A DNA stretch of 64,000 nucleotides, taken from assembly GCF_009914755.1 (NCBI RefSeq), contig NC_060937.1, one strand, 5' to 3'. The notes under the pieces are model-generated. The model was not told the DNA's origin. It saw nothing but the letters and a program-made list of their open reading frames with translations, and made no database searches. Source of the stretch: the human T2T-CHM13v2.0 reference genome, Homo sapiens. This document shows, piece by piece, positions 18,099 through 31,789 of the stretch. Made by a program: the position numbers and the translations under genes. The first letter of the stretch is position 1, and every line of letters starts with the position of its first letter.

Positions 18099-18404
18099 CA
18101 AAGAAATTCAATACCTGACAATAGTAAGATACACTCTTTAGCTGTTAAACAGTATAAATATCAGGACAGATTAAGCAAACAGGCAAGCATACAGAGCTGG
18201 TGGGAATTAAATCACTATAAGCTTCTGAAAAGGAATACATATTAAATGACTCAAAATGTATGTATGCATTCACCTAGAAATTCCATTTCTATGAATATTA
18301 TTCTTAAAAAAATCATTATAAATTCCAAGAGTTAGAGCCAAGGTGGTTCATTGAAGCCATGTTTGTAATAGTAAAAATACTATTTTTTACTATTACAGTG
18401 GACA

Positions 18405-18763
18405 GTCCTGTCTGTTCAGGCTGCTATAACAAAATATGATAAACTGGGTAGTTTATAGACAGTACAATTTATTTCTCACAATTATGGAGGCTGGGAAGTC
18501 CCAGATCCGGGCACTAAGAGATTCTGTGTCTGGTGAAGGCCGTTTTCTGATTCATAGACGACACCTTCTTGCTGTGTCCTCACATGGTGGAAGGGGTGAA
18601 TGAGCTCCCTTGGGCTTAATTTATAAGGCTCTAATCTCATTTGTGAGGTCTCTGCTTTCATGATCTAATAAATTTTCAAAAGGCTCCACCTTCTAGTACA
18701 TCATTTTGGGGGCTATGATTCCAACATATGTATTTTGGGGAACACAAACATTCAAACCATAGC
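18405..18763 (-). mobile_element. MLT1A-like MaLR LTR within L1 3' remnants
   Basis: ttcaggctgctataacaaaata...ggaggctgggaagtcc...aacacaaacattcaaaccatagca. Confidence 0.8.
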
Positions 18764-18940
18764 AAATCTATATGCCAAAAGACAGGGAATTGGTTAAATC
18801 ATTTATGGTACATCTATACAATGGAATATTAACCAGACATTAAAGTGATGTTGTAGAAGTATATTTAATTATATGGAACAAACTCTTAAAAAAAGGTTAT
18901 AAAAGCGTGTGTGTGTGTATGCGCACAAGGGCTAGAAAGA

Positions 18941-18946
<6 letters not shown>

Positions 18947-18997
<51 letters not shown>
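18947..18997. repeat. Compound (CT)n(AT)n microsatellite
   Basis: Directly visible. Confidence 0.95.
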
Positions 18998-19000
18998 GGG

Positions 19001-19304
<304 letters not shown>

Positions 19305-19834
19305 TGGAAACAATATTTTTAATGGGAGTTTCCTTTAAGAATGAAACTGGGGATTGGGAGTGGTGGGCAAATTAACTGTAACTTTACTGTATTATTTGAA
19401 TTTTTCTAATAAGAATGTATTTATGAATCTATTATTAAAATAATTAAGACAATGAAAGAAAACAAAAATATCCTTATAGTGTAATTCCACTTGTTTGAAA
19501 ATATTTGAAGAAAAAATGTGGATAATTTGTCTTTTTCCTTATTTATATATTGCAATTTCCTAGCCTACTTTTTTCTACTCTATATTTTTTAATTTTTCTA
19601 CTCTTTATCTACTCTATTATTTTTTATATCTATATTTATATCTACTCTATTATTTTTTATTTTTCTGCTCTATTTAATACTTCCAGCAATTTAAAAATAT
19701 TTTTAAAAGGCTCAGTTTGTCATATCTCCTGTGAAGCACGAAGTACATATGTATTCTAACATCTACCACTTTCCACTGGGTGATGCCTGAGGAATTATGT
19801 AGCTGCTTAAGGACAGAGATGGTCTTATTCATTT

Positions 19835-19960
19835 TGAGGGGGCAGAGATGGGGGTCTCACTATGTTGTCCAGGCTGGTCTTGAACTCCTGGCCTCAAGTG
19901 AACCTTGCACCTCAGCCTTCCAAAATGCTGGGATTACAGGTGTGAGCCACCATGCACAGA
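19835..19960 (-). mobile_element. Free left Alu monomer (FLAM-like)
   Basis: Single monomer; TSD gtcttattcattt at 19822-19834 and 19962-19974. Confidence 0.85.
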
Positions 19961-21879
19961 TGTCTTATTCATTTGTGACTTTCAGGGCTTAGATGTCAGT
20001 ACCTGATATCTAGTAGGTACATGATGCCTATTTTTGAAAGAAAGAGTAAGAAGCACCAAGTACATATGTAGTCTAACATCCATCACTTTCCATTGGGATG
20101 AGGTATTATAGAAGGAATAATGTACCAGCTTAAGGACAGAGATTCATTTATTCGTCTTTGAATCCTTAGGGCTTAGGACAGTATCTGACACTTAGTAGGT
20201 ACAAGATGCCTATTTTGACAGAAAAAGTAAGAAGAACCAGGGGGTAGAAAGGGTGGAGAGAAGAGTCCATATCCTGTCCCCTTCCAGCAGCATAAGGTCC
20301 AATCAGGGGGTCTTAGGTGAGTGATGAGAAGTTTCTAGCCCTCAGCCTCCTTATCTGCATAATGTGAAGAACAGCACTAATGTGATGAGGTTGTTGTGAG
20401 GATTACAAAAGCCCCTGTCTAGTAGACACTCATTGAGTGTGTAAGTGGTGGTGAGGTGGGTCGTGAAGGCAATTTAATAATGATCTGGCACCAAAGTCCA
20501 AGAGAGAGAGTGAGGAGCTCCTTCCAGCCTCTTTTGCAAGGGTAAGTCTGGGAAATGTGATTTCTTGTGCAGCAAGGAATGACTCTACCAACAGAGCAGT
20601 TGAAGAAACCATCATGATGGAATCATTTTAGGGGTCTCACCCTCAAAGGTAGTCAGAGGCTGAAACCATCTCTGTTGACTGAACATTTCAAGGTAATCTT
20701 GATCTTAGACCTGCCTGGCATCCCCTAGTTGACTCTTCTGATGATTATTTCGAAACTATTCTCAGCCACACTCATCAAGTCAGAGGCTGGAAAGTGGGGG
20801 TGGGTCAGAAAAAAAAAATCCTGCTTGAGCTTTCCCTTAATGATACCTGTTGTTTCCTTTGGACAGTTGATGTCAAATACGGGTTCTCTGAAATTTAGAG
20901 TCTAAAATGCTATCGGCAGGTCCTTTTCCAACAGGGAATCATATCCCAAATTCTCCTCACTGTGTAACAACGAGGAAGTGAGACCAACAAGTTCTGAATT
21001 TACCAAAGGACTAGCACTATGATATGAACAGAAAAAAGTAGCCTTTAGGTACTAATTTTTTGTAGACAATGGCCCTTGCTTCAACCTTGTGGCTCCTTTA
21101 TGAAGAAAACTAACTTCACACAGTGGGGCTGGCTCAACAGAGGCTAGAACGGCCAGATGCCCTTTCTCCCTGCCTCACAGATCCTGCAGATCCCAAGCTG
21201 GCATCTGTCCCCATCTGTTCTCAGACCAAAGGCCATCCAAAGATGTGTTGGGGACTTTGGACTTGTTGGGGCAGAACTGAGACGCCCCCAGTTTTGAAGG
21301 TGGTGGGTGGGGGACCTGTGTAGAGTGAACCACAAGGCAAGGGGCCTTCCATTTCATGCTGAGAACTCTTGTGTGTGATCACTGCAGGTGGGTTCCTAAT
21401 AGAGATGACATCTGATTGGAATACGAAATACCTATTTTATGGAAGCTCTCAAGGCAGTGCAGCTCTGAGAGAAGGGCTTAGGATTCTACCATTTTAGCCA
21501 CAGGAACATGCTATGTGGAACCCCTTTCCTACCCCATCTGTCAGGGAGCGAGTTCAGATGCCAGGAGCTGCCAGACTGAGTGGGAAAGTGAGTCAGGGGC
21601 ATTCGTCTCACTTGGACCCCCACACCCATTCAAGGGGGGCTGAACCTGGGTCAGCTCCCTGGGTGGGTGCAGGTTCCTGACCAGGAGCGCTTTAAACAAA
21701 CCATCAAAATGGAAAATTGCTCCCCGTTTATATGGATTAAACTTTTAAACTGTGGCCATGTGGCCAGGGACTAGAAGATGTGGCACTCTCCTCTCCATGA
21801 CTGTGTGTTGGAGCTCGAGTGGCCCACCAGGCTGGCCCTGAGCTCTGCCATCCTGCAAATGATACCATGAATACCACTT

Positions 21880-22180
21880 ATTATTTTCAGACATCTATGG
21901 AGCATTTACTATCTGTCAGTTGTGGCCCAAGAATCTTATAAGCATCATCTCATTTTATCAGTCAATAGATATTGATTGAGAGCTTGTTCATGCCAGCCAC
22001 TGGCATCTAATTCTCAGAACAAACAGGTGAGGTGAAAATGATTCCTCCCATTTTACCAACCATGAAACTGAGGTGGCTTGGAGAGAGGTTAACTGATTTG
22101 CTCAATGTCCCACAGCCAGTAGGTGGCAGAGCTGCGATTCAAACAATGTCTGTCTCTCTTCAAGGCTGTGCTTGTAAGCA
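21880..22180. mobile_element. MIR fragment(s)
   Basis: cccattttac...gaaactgagg...gagaggttaa...ggcagagctgcgattcaaac. Confidence 0.65.
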
Positions 22181-23964
22181 CTTACCTACCCCTCTCACAG
22201 AATCTTTGCTCATGGACTAGGGAAAGACTGTACAGGCATGTCCAAACACGAGCTGCTCCACCCCCGAGAGATGAGACCAGGAGTCAGGGAGGAGAGAATC
22301 ACAGGGCCAGTCCTAACTCACTTTGACCTGGCAAATGGCTTCCCAAAAACCTCAGAGAATTTTTATTTGATGGACAAGATCAGCATTGGTTCTCCCTACG
22401 TTTACCAACATCACCCACTTTCCAAACATCCTTTCTTCTTCCGATCTTGGTGCCACCTGGTTGAGAGTATTGCCCAATATTCTTGTAAGTCTCAGGCCCA
22501 GCCACATTCTGGGTCCGCCTCTCCCACTCCCCAACGGCACATGGCATCTGGAGTTGTCTTTGCTGCCCTCTCTGTAACTGATGAGCCCTGGGGAGATGAG
22601 GAGGACCCAAGACCCTGTTAATCTGCGCGTCTCCTCCCACCTCACACCTTGGCCAGCTCAGTCCCTGGGGCCAGGTTTCCACCTTGCTTTCCTGGGTATA
22701 GTCAGATAGCTCTGCTGGTACTGGAAGCCGTCTGTGGCTTACCTCCCAATTAATCAGCTCTTGTCAGGGGTCTTAGTCCTCCCCCAGTGTCTTCAGCTGC
22801 CGGTGGGGGAATCTTGCTCCAGATCTGATGGGCTGCTTGGAATCATCACATTTCCACCTACCCAACTTAGTATCCACTGGCCTCTCTTTCCAAGGTGTTT
22901 GGAAAAAAAGAATAAAATCACCAGAGGGGTAAGCTATGCAATTCACACATGGTAGATGCAGATAGAGACCTGGAAACCTCAGTGGATCCCAGGCCTGCAG
23001 AACCCATGCCAACCTGATTAATGTGAATTTTAACTTAAGAAAGAAAAGGCCAATGAGAAGACATGTGGGTTTACAATAAAAGGTCAGAGAAAGAAAAGTC
23101 CCAAGACAAATGCTGGCAGTGCCCATCCAATCTCTGTCTAGGAATAGCGCAATTTGATCAAGAACTTGATCCAGCCATGGCCTTGTAGTAAGGTTATCTC
23201 CTAGCAAAAAGTTTGTCTCTGTCCATCTTAGCCTACTACCATTGTTAACCCATCTAACCAACTTCCTGTGCTCCTATCCCAAGCTTGCTAAATAACTTTC
23301 TAATTGGAATACTGATAATTCTGACAAATCTGCTTTTTGCATAGCTTATCTAATGTGAAACCATGTGTGTTTATCTGGTCAACTGGACCACTACCTTCTC
23401 ATTGTAAATTAGCTAGTTTTATGCATCAGCCTGTCGTGATCTTGTTAAGATGAGTCAGAACGCCCCTAGGTTTGATTAACTCTGAAGGAAAATAAAATTT
23501 CTGATTCTTCAAAGCAGAAGACCAGCTACATCCTGGTCACGGGTAGACTCACTTTGGTGGCGATTGCCTTGTAGAAGTTGGTCAGCCTTCCCATCTGTGA
23601 GCTTGTTCCACTCCCGTCACAAACCTGGACCCTTTAAAGACCACTAGCCATTGGTTCCAGCCCAAAAGGTCCCCCAGAGCCCTTGGCCATGGTGACTGGG
23701 CTGCTGGCCACCCTAAAATGGATTTGCCTGCACGTCTCAGGACGTCACCGACCTGGTGCAGGGGTCACCGACCAGGGCAAAGTGTATCTGTTGAACCCAG
23801 ACAGGGTCCTCTCTGAGCACTGGTGCAGCTACTGAGGGTCTTTCCAGGCCCAGCCCTCAGGCTTCCTCATCGGGGGTCCTGTCATGAATTATGAACAGTC
23901 AGTCCCTCATGGAACAAATAATAATCCTGGAACTACACAGTGGTTCAGAGACTCTGCTTACTAA

Positions 23965-24150
23965 GCATTTTCACGTCCTTTCATCTGAGTTTTGTAACAA
24001 CCCCATGTGAAAGGCTGGTAAGTATTTTTAGCTTTGCTTTAGGCTTAGGGAAGATAAACGACTTGCTCAAGGTCACACTGGTAATAAGTGTCAGGACATG
24101 CTCCTGACCACATATCTGAACAACTGTAACCCCAGGTTTCTTCACCACAG
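23965..24150. mobile_element. MIR fragment
   Basis: aacaaccccatgtga...acttgctcaaggtcacactggtaataagtg. Confidence 0.6.
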
Positions 24151-26295
24151 CAGAGCAGCTGCTCACCCCAGGCGGCCTATGAGAAGGGTGTGAGAGCATC
24201 ACTGGGTCAGCCCCAAAGGCTTGGCAGCCCCTCAGAACAAACTACAGACACATGTGGTTGCTGCGGGTGCACCAAGGGACCCAGCTCTGTCAACGGCTCC
24301 GCGCTGCACCCCCAGCTGATGCGGGAGCTTACTTGCTTCTGTCCGCCACCCACAGACACTCCTGTAAACACATTATCTCCAAGATTTCCTTCAGACAGAA
24401 TTTTGTATTCAGGCAAGGCTTCCTTGGGCTTCATTTAGCTTGAGCGTCTGGGGCACCCGTGGGGCACCGAGACCTGAGGATAACAATGCTTCCAACAAGC
24501 AAAGTGATGATCACTGATTCCACCCAACCCAAGGACAGAACAAAGGAAGATGGCCAGGAACACAGCAAAGCAGCTTTCCAGTCACCCTTCACACATCAAG
24601 ATCCACAAATACACAAGTGGCCAACCACTACGTTTCCACTTCCAGTCTCTCCCTCCCTCAGACCTGCAGCCCTTTCACCTTCTCCTAAACCACCACCCCT
24701 GCAACCCCACGCCACCTGCAACCTGGATGTTCTCATGGGACAGTACAGGCCTCGAGAGATTTTCTCCGGTGATTTGCAGTGAACAAAGAGCTTTCACCTG
24801 CAGAAACAGGTGACTGCTAGAAGTCACCTAGTGTGACTTGTGAGTGCCACAATAGCCCTGGAGGAGCTCATTTGCAGAGGAGAGAACTGAGGCTGGAAAA
24901 CTGGGCCAGGGACAGAGGGCCAGATTCTGCAAACAAGGAGAAAGGGCAGGAAGTGGCAAAACTGGGAAGGGAAAGGAAGGGAACAGAAGAGCAGCCCAGT
25001 TCTAAATCACCAGCCAACACGTGCACAGTGGTCCCTGTGTCACGTCACAGCCACTGTACTGTGACTAAATGGAGGAGGGGCACCAGCGTTGTGGGGCCTT
25101 GGGGCCTGGCCAGTCCTGAGGTGCTGGAAGGGAGCAGGTGCTGACCTCATGCTGCTGATGCCAGGGTTCCAATCCAGGAGTTTTTCTATTTTGTCCTGGG
25201 GAGTCCTCCCAACAGTCCAATCAGAGGAGTATAAGATGCCCATCTTGAAGATAAGGAAACCAAGGCTCAGAGAAATTGCTCAGGGCCACACATGCATAAG
25301 TGGCTGGGAAAACACAGATCCAGCCATCTTTCCCAAAGTGCAGGCTGTTTCTGCTCCATGCCTCGATCACAGCCCGCCCCTCAGCCCGAGATGCCTTTCG
25401 CATCGTCCACCCAAACACCTTCTCATTGCTTGAGTCTTAGCTCAAGAATCACCTCCCCCAAGAAGCTTCTCACATCCTCTTTTGGCCCCCACAGTCCCAT
25501 GTGAGGACTGTCTGCCTTTCTTTCTTACACGCATGCAAGCCTCCATGTCGGCAGAGATGGTGTCCTACTCAACTCTGCCTTACCTCGGCTTCTAGCACAA
25601 TGCCAAGTGGCTGGCTGGTGAGTGAGTGAATGAATGATGAAGGCAGTTGTGTGTGAATCTAAGCCTCCCAGCTCTAGCTCCCCTGCTAGTACCACGGTCC
25701 CTCCAGCCCCACCTCTTCCCAGTGAGTCTCAAGCACCTGCACCTGGCAGTCCCTTGGAGGAAACAGCTGCCTCTTCATGGCCCTTGCTTCTGAAGGACAC
25801 CCCATCCCCACCCCATGCCAGATAACTAGGCCTCGGATGATCTGGACTTAGATGGTCTGGCCTAGAGTGGAGGAACTTTTTGGTCCCCAAGGCTAGCTTC
25901 ATGCTTGCAACTTCAAGTTTTCTCTTTTAAGGGGCTCAGTGGAAACCATAGCTGCACCAGTGGATGTGGAAGTGAAAGCATTCAGGGCTGTATTTCCAGC
26001 TGCCCAAGATGAGTTCCCCACCGCCTTGGAGGTGCCTCCACAAAAGGGAAGCAGCTTTATTTTCATTCAAAAGCCTTACCAAATCCCTTCACCACTTCCA
26101 TTGTGGATCTAGAACCACTCCCCCTACATTCCTAGTGTCTCATGGGGGAAGCCCTTTGTAGGATATTTGGAGCAAGAGAGACCTGTGTTCAAATCCCAGT
26201 TTTGCCATTTCCTAGCACTGTGGCTGTGTGCAAGAGAACTCACTGAGCCTCTGTGCTCTCATCCATAAAGTGGGGACAATGCTGCCTCCCTCTGG

Positions 26296-26671
26296 GTCAT
26301 AGTCTGTTCTGTGCTGCTATGACAGAGTACCACAGACTGGATAATTAATAATGAAGGGGAATTTATTGGCTTATGGTTCTAGAGACTGGGAAGTCTCAAG
26401 ATTGTGGGGCTGGCATCTGGCGAGTGCCTTCCTGATGCATCATAACATGATGGAAGGCATCCCATAAGGGAGAGAGAGACTAGCGGAGGCCAAACTCACC
26501 CTTTTATAACAAACCCACTCCTGCAAGAATGACATTAATTCATTAATGAGGATGGTGTCCCCATGACCCAAACACTTCCCTTTAGAGACCTCGCCTCACC
26601 TCCCAATATCACCACACTGGGGATCAAGTTTCCAGCACCTGAGCTTTAGTGGACACAGTTAAGCTGCAGCA
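26296..26671 (-). mobile_element. MST (MaLR) LTR inserted into a MIR
   Basis: tgctgctatgacagagtaccacagactgg...ggggatcaagtttccagca; MIR words at 26170-26290. Confidence 0.8.
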
Positions 26672-29600
26672 CTCTGCAAGGGGCAATTTTCACATTTAAA
26701 CATGGATTTAAATGTGAGTAACATGCCAAGCCTGCCATGGTAGTCAGGCCCTTCCCCACTCTGTGATGGCCCAGTTCTGGGGTGACTTGGGCCTCCTTCC
26801 AGCATCAGAGGGCCCTCTAACATCAATAACAAGGGTGGGCAAGTGAGCGTTTAAACCCTGATGGGCTCTTTCAGTCTGAGGTGATTTCTGTGGTCCTGAG
26901 TACACGTGGGGATGAATCAGGCCACCCCTCACCGTTTTACATTTTTCACAACTGTGGTTTTTCCAGCTCCATTGTACAGGATCCGCCTTCCCCGTCAGAG
27001 CCCTGAGGGGACAGCATCAGCATCTTCTTCCAGTGACTTTTCCCCCAGTACCCTAAGCAGGAAACATCCGAGCCCAGAGCAAGCTCAGCCTGACTCTGAA
27101 AGTCCCTCTGACTGCCTGGCTCAGCCCGTGCAGCCAGCTCTGACCCATGACCTGTGCTCACCAAAAGGGTGTGTCAGCGGCAGCTTCCAGTTCTGCCCAT
27201 CATAGAAACAGTGCCGGGTTTTCCAGCGAGCTGTGAAGTGACTGTTGAGAATACTTAGCCCCTGGCAGGCGCAGCAGGCCTGCCTCATTCATCGCAGCTC
27301 AGACCTTCAAACTGGAGCTCCATCCATCACTGCCTCCTGCCATGCCAGAGTCGAAAACCTGAGCTCCAGGCTCGGCGTTTCCCGGAGTCACATGGACTGC
27401 AATCAGCAGGTCCCTTTGTCCGGCGGCCTTTGCAGGAAATGTGGCTTATTCTAACATTTCATTCCCAAATAGAAGTCTAGACTAGGGGGAAAAACTCCAT
27501 ATCTCTATTGATTGTGCCTAATGGAGGGAGGTTAATTTGTGGTCTTTGCCCTTAGCTGTTACTAAAGAAAATGGAGATGGTTCTTTTTCATATTTTGTGA
27601 TGGATGGCAAAATAAAATGTTGACTTTTTTTTCTTAGGAAATATGACTGCTGAGTCTTAGAATGGCTGGGTGGAATGTGCGAGGCTAATTAGTGCTCACT
27701 TACGTATTTAGTTCACAATCAGAAACACTAGGCTACAAACCTCTATAGGAAAAGGAAAAAAAAAATGATCTCAAGGTGAAAAAGAAGACTCTGCTCTGAA
27801 AAGCCCTTGAGAATTAGATTATAGATGAAAAAAGGCAAATTGTCCCTCAGGAAAGGTTCTTTAAAAATTCAACTCACCACTGTGAGCAAGATTTTATCCT
27901 AAAGAGTGTTTCATTCTTTAGCTGGTAAGTTGATTAAAGTAAACACTGGTTAACTAAAATGAATGAAAGAGCTATGTGGACTCCTGGTTTTTGATGAGTT
28001 GGTCACTGTGATTGAGTTGCAATGAAAACATCATGCTATGACTTGTGTTGATGATGTTTTGGGAGAATAAAGGAGGAGGGACAGAATTGAGCATGGGGGA
28101 CATTTTGTGGGGAGAAGAGGACTTTGGTGGAAGCAGAAGCAGGTGCAGCGTTCCCCAGATATCTTGGAGGGCACTGAACTTCCCACATTTCCTGGGATGG
28201 GGTGAACAGGCAAACCATTTCAATCAAGTATTAAAAGAAAGGGTGAGCCTGTAGGTTGCAGGGTTTCAGCATCCTACAATTCCCATCATTCTTGATCACA
28301 GTTTCCATTCCAGAAGTGGCCCCCTCATTCTCTGTTGTGCGGTCATTGCTGTCAGTACACATGGCAGACACCACTGTTGGCTGGTTTGACCCCCAGCCTC
28401 AATTCCCTTTACCTGACCCCCTTCCAGCAAGGGTGGCATGTGACAGAAATCTAGAGGATGAAGCACCAAATTTAAGTCTGCCCTTTGAGAACTGGTTTCG
28501 AACAGATAATTTTTAAACTGTTTCAGACCAAGAGAAAAATACTTGTATTCAGTCACTAATGCTATTTACAAAATCTTAGGCAGAATGATTTTGTACTCAT
28601 CTATCTCACTTTATGCTTTAAAGAGAATAAGTACCCTTCCCCCCAAACCTCCGGAAACTCCAGCACATTTCAATCTATGTGTTGATGACTAGGACGAATA
28701 CATTTCCTTCCACATGGATGGAGTTAAATCTCTATCCCTTATTTTTAACCCAGCACTATTTCTGAATCATTTTCTATGGTGAGAGAATACCTGGACATTT
28801 AAATCTATCAAAAAGGAGTAAATGAGCATTTCAGATACATCTATCAAGAAGAAATGCCCCTTCTCCCCCATCATTGTGGGGCTTTGTCAGTCGCCTGTCA
28901 GATGAATGTCCGCATAAGTGTTTATTAATCACTCTTGCGCTCGCTGATGGGCCTGAACACTTTGCTCCTCTACGTCTCTGACACGCACCAAGTATGCAAT
29001 GGGTTTCTTCTGTCTGTCTCTTGAGCACAGTTGCTTACTTTGTTAAAGTTAATTTCCACTCATTTCTGGCTTTGATGGGAAGATTCCTTTATCAATTCAA
29101 TTCATGTGTGTTGTCTGCAATCAAGGCAATATTGTCTGCTAATGTGAGGTATATTCCATGCTCTCTCTCCATTTTATGCTAACGCCTTTCCTCTGCTGGT
29201 CCTGCTGGAGAACCGGGAGAAGAGGCTGTCTCCCTGGCTCCATGAGTGACTGAACCAGCAGCCATTTCCCCTTCTGAGTTTCCTGGCTAGAGAAATGGTG
29301 AGCTGCTCTTTTTTCTGGGAGTCATCTAGGTTGGAAAACAAGTCAGTGGGAAAAAGAAGGTGGTGGGGCTGTGTCATGGATTTGGTATTCCCAGTGCTAT
29401 CTGTAGGAGCAAGCCTTATTCTGAAATTCAACCGCCTTTACACCAGGTCCTTATAAGGGCTCTCCGCCCACTCTTCCTATGCTATCTCTCTGTTCCCACA
29501 AAATTCCTGTTCTATCCCCAACACAGACTTGGGCGCATCTTCTCACATCGTCCTTTCTAGCTTCTTTCTCTTCCCCGCCTTACCCATGCATTGCATCCCG

Positions 29601-30198
29601 GAGCCCAAGCTCTGCCCTTCCTGAAGGACCATCAAGCCTCCCTCCTCAGAAGCATTCCTCTCTGTCCTGAGGCTGCGAGAGCTCCTCTCTGATGCTCCTG
29701 TAAATAAAACATTCACCAAGATGTGTCATTCTCTGTGCTACACTGCCACGGCAGCATCCAGGAGCAGACAGAGCCAGGCAGTGGAGCCAGGCAGACCCAA
29801 AAGTGTGAATGTGGCTCAGAAACAGAACTACATGGTTCTGGGCAGTCACTAAATCTCCGTGGATGCTTCTTCATGAGTGAAATGAGTGAAATAATGTCTA
29901 TCTTGTAGAGCTATTGTCAGCATTCACAATAATGTATGTAACCCAATTACCACAGTTCTCAGGTAATGTGGGAGCCCAATAAATGGTAGCCATTGTTGTA
30001 AATCTCAGCTAGATAGCAAGCCCCTAAAGGGAGTATGGTGGGGATGGTGCTTTTCTGTACTACAGAGGATGGAAAGTTAAACCTACAAGTCTCAGACTCC
30101 CTTGCAACTAAAGTTCAGATTATACATAAGGTTCCAACAGTTAGATGTACTTGTACAATATCTGAAAGACAGAAGTGAGGGAAGATACGTCAAGAACT

Positions 30199-30639
30199 GC
30201 GAATGGTCTGAGGTTTTACTCTATATGCAAACTAACAATTACTTGGCCACAGCATAATAGATACTGGTAGAAGACACAAGATTCCTGGGTTAGAGACAAA
30301 GGACTTTATTACTGACAGCAATGGCAACATCAGCATTTTCTTTCGCTGGTCCCTCAAGGCCCAGATGCCACAGGGCAATGTGAAGATGGCCAGCTGAGAC
30401 CTGCACACAGTGGGTTACATTAAAAAAGAGGAACCCAGAGCTTAGAAAAAACAAATATTTTTAAATGAACAGTGGGTGTACCTGCCTTTTGTTCTGAAGG
30501 GATACACTGTGGCTGTCTCTATAGCCAAGGCTCTTTGGTACACAGGCATCTTTGAAAACATAGTTCAGAACAAAAGCAGCCAGGGCCTTTGCAAGCTGTG
30601 CAGAAACACAAAAGACCCATGGAAAACTGTCTCCCAACA
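30199..30639 (-). mobile_element. ERVL-class LTR (MER74/MER54/MER89-like; family uncertain) nested in an older LTR33-like remnant (~30050-30930)
   Basis: Ends agacccatggaaaactgtctcccaaca (reverse of tgttgggagaca...); tttatt poly(A) signal near 30306. Confidence 0.55.
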
Positions 30640-31789
30640 AGGTCATCTTCCTGTGGCCAGCTGTTGCTTCTAGCAAGGATGGTCATGGTGATTTTAGGTT
30701 TTCTACAGCCACATTTCAGAGGTCAATTACCAGCTTCATCATGTCACAGGAAATTATAGAAACTTAAATTCCTAATTCCACAGCACAGCTATGACTTTGA
30801 TTTTGAGCTCAACTGTTCCAACTCTCCACTTTCTTGATTGTGGTAGGCTAGTTAGGTGTTACCAAACTTCCTGAAGGCCCAGCCTAGAGTCAGCTGACCC
30901 ACCCAGAGTTTCTGCTTCCCTACTGACAAATTTAGATAGAGGCTAAACACCATCTTCCTCCAAAGCTCCAATATCTTCCATTATAAATTTCTGATGTTGG
31001 TGAAGATGACAATAATGATGGTGATGATAATGAGGAGGAGGAGGAGATAGCAAAAGGGAAAGAGAGTAAAGATGGCAGAATAAATCAGGAAAAAGAGAAG
31101 TAGGAATGAGAAGAAAATCATCATTTTTTTCATTCTTTTCCCACCAAATTACCACATGTTCTCCAAAGAAATAGCTCTTGGGGTCTCTATTTACCATATT
31201 TATTAAAGGGAGAAGCAGATGTCCTCACTTCTAGAACCCCAGAATTCTCAACCAGAGCTTTTTTTTTTGTTTGATTCACATTTTCCTCTCATTTCTCTGA
31301 GACACAGTGGAGTTTCTTAGCTGCTCTTACATGGGCTGGTCACATCCTTTGCTGGACCAGAGAGAAGCCTGATCCCAGTGGAAAGTTACACAGTACCAAA
31401 GCTATTCTCATACCTTCCACAGCATCTAACCAGGATGGAAAGGAAGGAAAAGGTCTATGTCTTTAGCCTAAGCTATGGTCCCTGGGCCCTTTCTGGAATG
31501 GGGGCTCTGGCTAACAGGACTACTCCCAGTGAACTTTTGTTTAGTGCATCTGGGACCCTCCATGCAGTTCTGCCCCATAATAATGAGCCAAAATGTACAT
31601 CCCCAGTCCTATATAGTAACTTCTTGAATTGCATCTCTCAGAAATGCCTTCTGAATTCCCCTCCCGTCTGTCTTGCACTGTACTGTTTGGGAGTTCAACT
31701 AAGGCCCTGGCATGGGACCTTGCCTTTCCTATGCAATGCCAGTGGCTGGGCCCTGGGGCTTGCATAAAATCACCCATATGATATGTGCA

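Noticed and set aside
19560-19676. Repeated ctactct words in a T-rich tract as a structured array
   Set aside because: Irregular low-complexity slippage; no constant repeat-spacer period, not CRISPR-like
23741-23775. GTCACCGACC direct repeat resembling a nuclear-receptor element
   Set aside because: Only 10 bp with imperfect half-sites; compatible with chance
31000-31050. His/Pro-rich minus-strand ORF (PPPPHYHHHHYCH)
   Set aside because: Translation of a degenerate (GAT/GGT/GGA)n low-complexity tract
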